DNA of 64,000 nucleotides from Scyliorhinus canicula (Eukaryota): the NCBI RefSeq assembly GCF_902713615.1, contig NC_052146.1:70823238-70887237 (forward strand). Direction: 5' to 3'. The position numbers and the translations under genes are program-made. The notes beneath the pieces were generated by a model. The model saw only the letters and a program-made list of their open reading frames with translations, was not told the origin of the DNA and did not search any database. Below, piece by piece: positions 63,057 through 64,000 of this stretch (its first letter is position 1; each line of letters starts with the position of its first letter).

Positions 63057-63685
63057 TAGGGCAGGGCTCAACCATACCTTTTACATTAAGAATTGTTTGT
63101 CATTAGGAGACAGTTGTTCATGCACACCGTGTGACCAAATATTTTATATGAGGATTTAAGATTTATTTAGGCTCAGAGCTCTTTTCCATGTTAACCTCAC
63201 GTTGGCAGCGGCCATTTTTCTCACATGTTCTGATGTCTAAAAGTTTGTTTAGATTTAACGGTCAGAAAAAATGTATTATTTGAGTGCACCTGAATTGTTT
63301 TAACCGGCAAGGTTAGGGACGGGGCTGAAAGGTGGGATTAGAATGGACATCTGGTTCTTTTCTAAAAATATTTATTGCTATATTTTTTATTTCTTTCACG
63401 GCCCGCACTGATTAGATGAGCTGAATTGGCTCTTTCCGTACCGTGACTGTTCTGTGGTTTTATGTATACGGATAGACATGAAATGACCAATATGAGGAAG
63501 CTGTATGGACACCTAGCATACAGATAAAGCTAGGATCTAGAATGCGATAGAAAAAAAAATCTACTTTTTGCTATCCGTGATTTCGGTTTCAAGCGATGAC
63601 TAGTTATATGTCTTGATCCAAAAAATAGGACAATAAACTAATGGGATAGGATATCACTTGGATATTCGCTGAGATATTTTAATAA

Positions 63686-63842
63686 TAATCGCTTATTGTC
63701 ACAAGTAAGCTTCAATGAAGTTACTGTGAAAAGCCCCTAGTCGCCACATTCCTGCGCCTGTTCGGAACGGGAATTGAACCCGCGCTGCTGGTCTTGTTCT
63801 CCATTACAAGCCAGCTGTCTTGGCCCACTGTGCTAAACCAGC
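63686..63842 (-). mobile_element. Family B SINE
   Basis: aataatcgcttattgtcacaag...gctaaaccagc on minus. Confidence 0.8.
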
Positions 63843-64000
63843 GCCAGATTATCGGAATTAATGCAGAACAATCGTTGTAAATCCTGTGGAGACGGCGTAG
63901 AACATATTTTCCCGTTTTACTAAGGTTAATGTAATATGCAAGGGAGAAAACTTTTACTGTAATGTGCATCATCCTGGAGTTATTTTGCAACAGAATGTTA

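Noticed and set aside
62403-64000. Ig constant exon
   Set aside because: No C1-set motifs found after J; it is presumably beyond the window.

Overview
Vertebrate genomic DNA from a cartilaginous fish. The SINE and CR1 families point to a catshark-like shark; this is an inference. The window has three parts. (1) 1-15 kb: the last five coding exons and 3' UTR of HIRA on +, with a 63-bp minisatellite split by a young CR1 LINE in the last intron. (2) 15-57 kb: repeat-dense DNA with nested CR1, Rex1/Babar, L1, RTE and Penelope pieces, two Gypsy LTR remnants, a solo LTR and many tRNA-derived SINEs. It also holds CTCF-like motifs and a possible unannotated multi-exon (pseudo)gene. (3) 57.7-62.4 kb: an immunoglobulin light-chain V-J minicluster with octamer promoter, leader, V, 23-RSS, 12-RSS and J (FGGGTKLTVL). 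It is NOT germline-joined and has lambda-type 23/12 signal polarity. Its V exon is split in CDR2 by a 3.7-kb hAT transposon with an 8-bp target duplication and a transposase broken by a single stop; the V also has a 1-nt frameshift in CDR1. No C exon is in the window. Best leads: the unjoined lambda-polarity cluster next to HIRA, the hAT-split V, a U_UUA_AAC -1 frameshift signal at the CR1 ORF1/ORF2 junction, a hammerhead-like motif in a Penelope palindrome, divergent CTCF motifs, and a phase-consistent unidentified exon chain. All identifications come from reading the sequence and recalled motifs; no searches were run. Repeat boundaries are approximate unless a TSD is given.
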